Origin: an uncultured Ignavibacteriota bacterium
GTDB lineage: Bacteria > Bacteroidota > Ignavibacteria > UBA10030 > UBA8401
Reading direction: 5' to 3'
NCBI GenBank assembly: GCA_903958625.1
Contig: CAJBTU010000072.1
Coordinates: forward strand, 4,682-68,681
Length of the DNA: 64,000 nt
Position numbers and translations under genes: made by a program. Numbering within the stretch: the first letter of the stretch is position 1; each line of letters opens with the position of its first letter. Under the pieces are notes generated by a model. The model did no database searches and was not told where the DNA came from. It saw only the letters and a program-made list of their open reading frames with translations. This document shows positions 61,057 through 64,000 of the stretch, piece after piece.

Positions 61057-61293
61057 CTTTGTGCGTGGAAGATGCCCCTGGAAGCGCTGGTAAGCAGCGG
61101 CAAAAGATGTTCACATCGGGTGTTGATAAGTTGGGTGTCCGCGTTGCCGCTCCTTTGTTTTTCAATGGCTTAGCGTGGCTGTTTTGATGTGTATAATTCT
61201 TGTTTTCCTGTAAGCTTCTTAAAATAGGTTTTTTCTGTTGTGCATAACATTGTGAATAAGCCAATGTTGGATGTTGATAACGTTTGAGGTTTT

Positions 61294-62748
61294 ATGATTT
61301 CTATTGTCACCCCTTCTAGTGTTCCTTCTTCAGTAAAGTCTGACCTGCAGCAGAAAGAAGATTTGCTTTTGTTGTGGAGCAATATTCTTTCGCATATACA
61401 GCCAGAGATAAACTCTCAAAGCTTTAAGACGTGGTTCGAACCTATTAAGCCGGTAAAGATCGAGAAGAACGAGGTTTCCGTGACTGTTCCCAGCCAGTTC
61501 TTTTATGAGTGGCTGGAAGAACATTATTATTCTTTAATCTCCGGTGCTTTACAAAAAGTTCTTGGTGCATCGGCAAGGCTTACCTATACCGTGGTTCCGT
61601 CGGATGAGCCTTCGCCCGCGTTGATGGTCTCGCCTAACGATGCTCCGCTAAAGATCGCCGACCCAATTCAAACAAAGATAGAGCAGACTCAATATACTCA
61701 GCCGCTACCGTATGAAAAGACTTTCTTAAACCGCCGCAATACTTTCAACAGCTTTATCAAGGGGGAAAGTAATCAGCTGGCGCGCGCAGCCGCGATGGCG
61801 GTTGCCAACAATCCCGGCGGAACGTCTTTTAATCCTCTGGTGCTTTATGGCGGAACCGGTCTTGGCAAAACACATTTGATGCAGGCCATAGGAAATTATG
61901 CGCTGGAAAACGGTAAGGCGAAGCGCGTGATGTATGTTTCAAGCGAAAAATTCACGAACGAGTTTATTGATGCTATTCGCAATGACGCAACAACCGATTT
62001 TTCCAATTTCTACCGGAACATGGATATTCTTATTGTTGACGACATCCAATTCTTCACCGGCAAAGAGAAGACGCAGGACAGTTTCTTTCATACGTTCAAT
62101 TCTCTGCATCAGCTTGGAAAGCAGATTATTTTATCGTCCGATCGTCCGCCGAAAGAATTGCAGGGGCTGGATGAACGGCTGATATCACGGTTCCAGTGGG
62201 GTTTAACGGCAGATATACAGCCGCCGGATCTTGAAACGCGATCGGCCATTTTGCGAAATAAGTGCGAGCGGGACGATGTTTTTATCCCGGAAGTCGTTTT
62301 AGATTTCATTGCCGCCAACGTAAAATCGAATGTGCGCGAACTGGAAGGGTGTTATACGAAACTGTTGTTCAACGCTTCTTTGCTTGGAAAAGATATCGAT
62401 ATAGAGATGGCTCGTGAAGTGCTAAGTTCGGTGGTGACAGAGGTTCGTTCACCGCTCACCGTAGAAGAAATCCAGCGGCTTGTTTCTGAATTTTTCGATA
62501 TTCCCAACGATCTTCTTCGGGCAAAAACTCGAAAACAGGAGATCGTTATCGCGCGGCAAGTGGCAATGTATCTTGCCAAAGAGTTGACAAACTGTTCCCT
62601 TAAAACGATCGGTTTGAATTTCGGCGGCAGGGATCATAGTACGGTGATCCATGCGTATCAAACTGTTGAAGAACAGATCAAGATCGACCCAAAATTCCGG
62701 GCCTCCCTCGATCAATTAAAAAAGAAGATTGATATTTACTCGCGATAG
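61294..62748 (+). CDS. dnaA: chromosomal replication initiator protein DnaA
   Basis: AAA+ Walker A GGTGLGKTHL, Walker B ILIVDDIQF, C-terminal DNA-binding domain (VAMYLAKELTNCSLKTIG), 484 aa. Confidence 0.92.
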   Translation: MISIVTPSSVPSSVKSDLQQKEDLLLLWSNILSHIQPEINSQSFKTWFEPIKPVKIEKNEVSVTVPSQFFYEWLEEHYYSLISGALQKVLGASARLTYTVVPSDEPSPALMVSPNDAPLKIADPIQTKIEQTQYTQPLPYEKTFLNRRNTFNSFIKGESNQLARAAAMAVANNPGGTSFNPLVLYGGTGLGKTHLMQAIGNYALENGKAKRVMYVSSEKFTNEFIDAIRNDATTDFSNFYRNMDILIVDDIQFFTGKEKTQDSFFHTFNSLHQLGKQIILSSDRPPKELQGLDERLISRFQWGLTADIQPPDLETRSAILRNKCERDDVFIPEVVLDFIAANVKSNVRELEGCYTKLLFNASLLGKDIDIEMAREVLSSVVTEVRSPLTVEEIQRLVSEFFDIPNDLLRAKTRKQEIVIARQVAMYLAKELTNCSLKTIGLNFGGRDHSTVIHAYQTVEEQIKIDPKFRASLDQLKKKIDIYSR

Positions 62749-62769
62749 TTTTTTTTTCTTGTTTATTTG

Positions 62770-62805
62770 AAAGGGATCGGCATTCGCTTGATCCCTTTCT
62801 TCTTT
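62770..62805 (+). terminator. rho-independent terminator after dnaA
   Basis: GAAAGGGATC-ggcattcgctt-GATCCCTTTC followed by TTCTTTT. Confidence 0.7.
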
Positions 62806-63178
62806 TAAATACTTGTCCACAATATGTTGTTGATGATTTGTGAAGTATTGTTAATCAGCTGTGGATAATTACGTGGTTCATATCATTGGTAATGTCCGTT
62901 GTGAATGAGTGTGGAAAAGTCGGTGCTCTATCAACAATCTATTGACACTGTTTTTTTCTTTTTTGCCAGCAAAGATCTTTCAAATGGCGGTTTATCAACA
63001 TATCCACCCTATTATTGTTATTATGATTTTAAAGGTATATATATGATTTAAATACGCTCTAACTCACTGAAAGAATAAAGACTTACAGGTTTCCATCCTT
63101 TGGCATTCAGGCACATTTTTCGTATATTAGACCACTAAAATTCTTCATTTTAGATAAAAAAATTTAAGGAGATTGATA
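62806..63178. other. candidate oriC (DnaA-box cluster plus AT-rich unwinding region) between dnaA and dnaN
   Basis: DnaA boxes: TTGTCCACA (62813-62821, 1 mismatch), TGTGGATAA (62860-62868, perfect), TGTGGAAAA (62920-62928, 1 mismatch), and a weaker box at 63000-63008. AT-rich ATTATTGTTATTATGATTTTAAAGGTATATATATGATTTAAATA at 63010-63055. Confidence 0.6.
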
Positions 63179-64000
63179 ATGAAATTTTCCGTTCGGAGCG
63201 CCGAGTTACAAAAAGCACTGGCAAAAACGGTCAGCGTCGTTCCCACCAGATCGACACTTCCTATTCTTGAAAATCTACATTTTGATATTCATTCCAACAC
63301 ACTAAAAATTACTGCAACCGATTTAGAGATATCTGTTTCTGTTTCTCTGGAGGTGCAGGGAAGCCAGAACGGAACAATTGCTATTCCTGCAAAAAGAATA
63401 TTTGATACCGTGCGGGCTTTATCGGATACGAATATTACATTCAATATTGATACAGAGTCAAATAAGATCAAAATGAAGACGGATAACGGCGAATATACTC
63501 TCACCGGAGAATCAAGCGAAGAGTTTCCGGCAATCCCGGAATTCAAAGGAGAAGCAGAGGTTTCGTTTGATGTTCAGGTCTTGCAGCGCCTAATAGGAAC
63601 AACAATGTTTGCCGTCAGCGCCGATGAATTGCGTCCGGCGATGATGGGCGTTCTATTTCAATTTTCAAAGAGCGAAGTAAGAGCCGTTGCGACCGACGGT
63701 CACCGTCTGGTCCGCGTAAACAATAAAAATCTTGGCAACACAAAATTAACAAAGGATATAATAATTCCATCGAAAGCACTGGGACAACTGGATAAAGTTG
63801 CCACCGGAACGGAAACAAAAGTATCGATCAGCGCAACGCATGTTATGTTTAAATTCGACGGAACGTCACTGATATCCCGGTTGATCGAAGAAAAATATCC
63901 GAACTACGAAACAGTTATACCGCTTGATAACGAACGGACCCTTATTGTCAGCAAGAACGAAATGCTTCAGTCGGTCCGCCGTGTTTCGCTGTATTCCAAC
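63179..64000 (+). CDS. dnaN: DNA polymerase III beta sliding clamp (3'-partial at window edge)
   Basis: MKFSVRSAELQKALAKTVSVVPTRSTLPILENL... typical DnaN N-terminus. AAGGAG RBS 8 nt upstream. No stop before the window ends. Confidence 0.85.
   Translation, partial: MKFSVRSAELQKALAKTVSVVPTRSTLPILENLHFDIHSNTLKITATDLEISVSVSLEVQGSQNGTIAIPAKRIFDTVRALSDTNITFNIDTESNKIKMKTDNGEYTLTGESSEEFPAIPEFKGEAEVSFDVQVLQRLIGTTMFAVSADELRPAMMGVLFQFSKSEVRAVATDGHRLVRVNNKNLGNTKLTKDIIIPSKALGQLDKVATGTETKVSISATHVMFKFDGTSLISRLIEEKYPNYETVIPLDNERTLIVSKNEMLQSVRRVSLYSN

Noticed and set aside
1-64000. Search for tRNA/rRNA genes, CRISPR repeats and IS/transposase/integrase ORFs
   Set aside because: No intergenic region shows tRNA-like conserved arms (GTTCGAATC-type T-loop) or regularly spaced direct repeats, and no ORF carries a DDE/tyrosine recombinase signature. 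The window appears to be core chromosome.

Overview
This window covers the replication-origin neighbourhood of a moderate-GC bacterial chromosome. rpmH-rnpA-yidD-yidC lie on the minus strand and dnaA-dnaN(partial) on the plus strand, with DnaA boxes in both flanking intergenic regions. Several markers point to an FCB-group organism (Bacteroidota/Ignavibacteriota/Chlorobiota), but this is inference: a subtilase with a T9SS C-terminal sorting domain, a long Bacteroidetes-type YidC, a TPR-DUF4292-M23 trio and a SpoVG homologue. The centre of the window (22450-45020) is a ~22.6 kb unbroken minus-strand run of 17 amino-acid biosynthesis genes: ilvB-ilvN-gltB-gltD-ilvC-cimA-aroF-leuA-leuC-leuD-proC-leuB-AKR-lysC-rof-like-thrC-thrB. 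Upstream of ilvB there is a candidate 35-codon Ile/Leu-rich leader peptide followed by a long stem-loop. The left third carries a secreted NucA-like endonuclease translationally coupled to a DUF3267 HExxH membrane protein, DUF5009 plus a GH13 amylase, an RND efflux pair, a DEAD-box helicase with a disordered N-terminal extension, a T9SS subtilase, a BatA-like vWA membrane protein, DUF423, a BI-1/YccA protein, TPR-DUF4292-M23 (EnvC-like) and an orphan MoxR ATPase. The right third carries mnmE-mnmG-rsmG-murQ, spoVG, a FucP-type MFS transporter, uppP, dedA, a kinase-like protein, marC, glsA and an esterase. I found no rRNA, tRNA, CRISPR array, transposase or integrase. All functional calls come from reading the translated ORFs against remembered family motifs, because no database search was possible.
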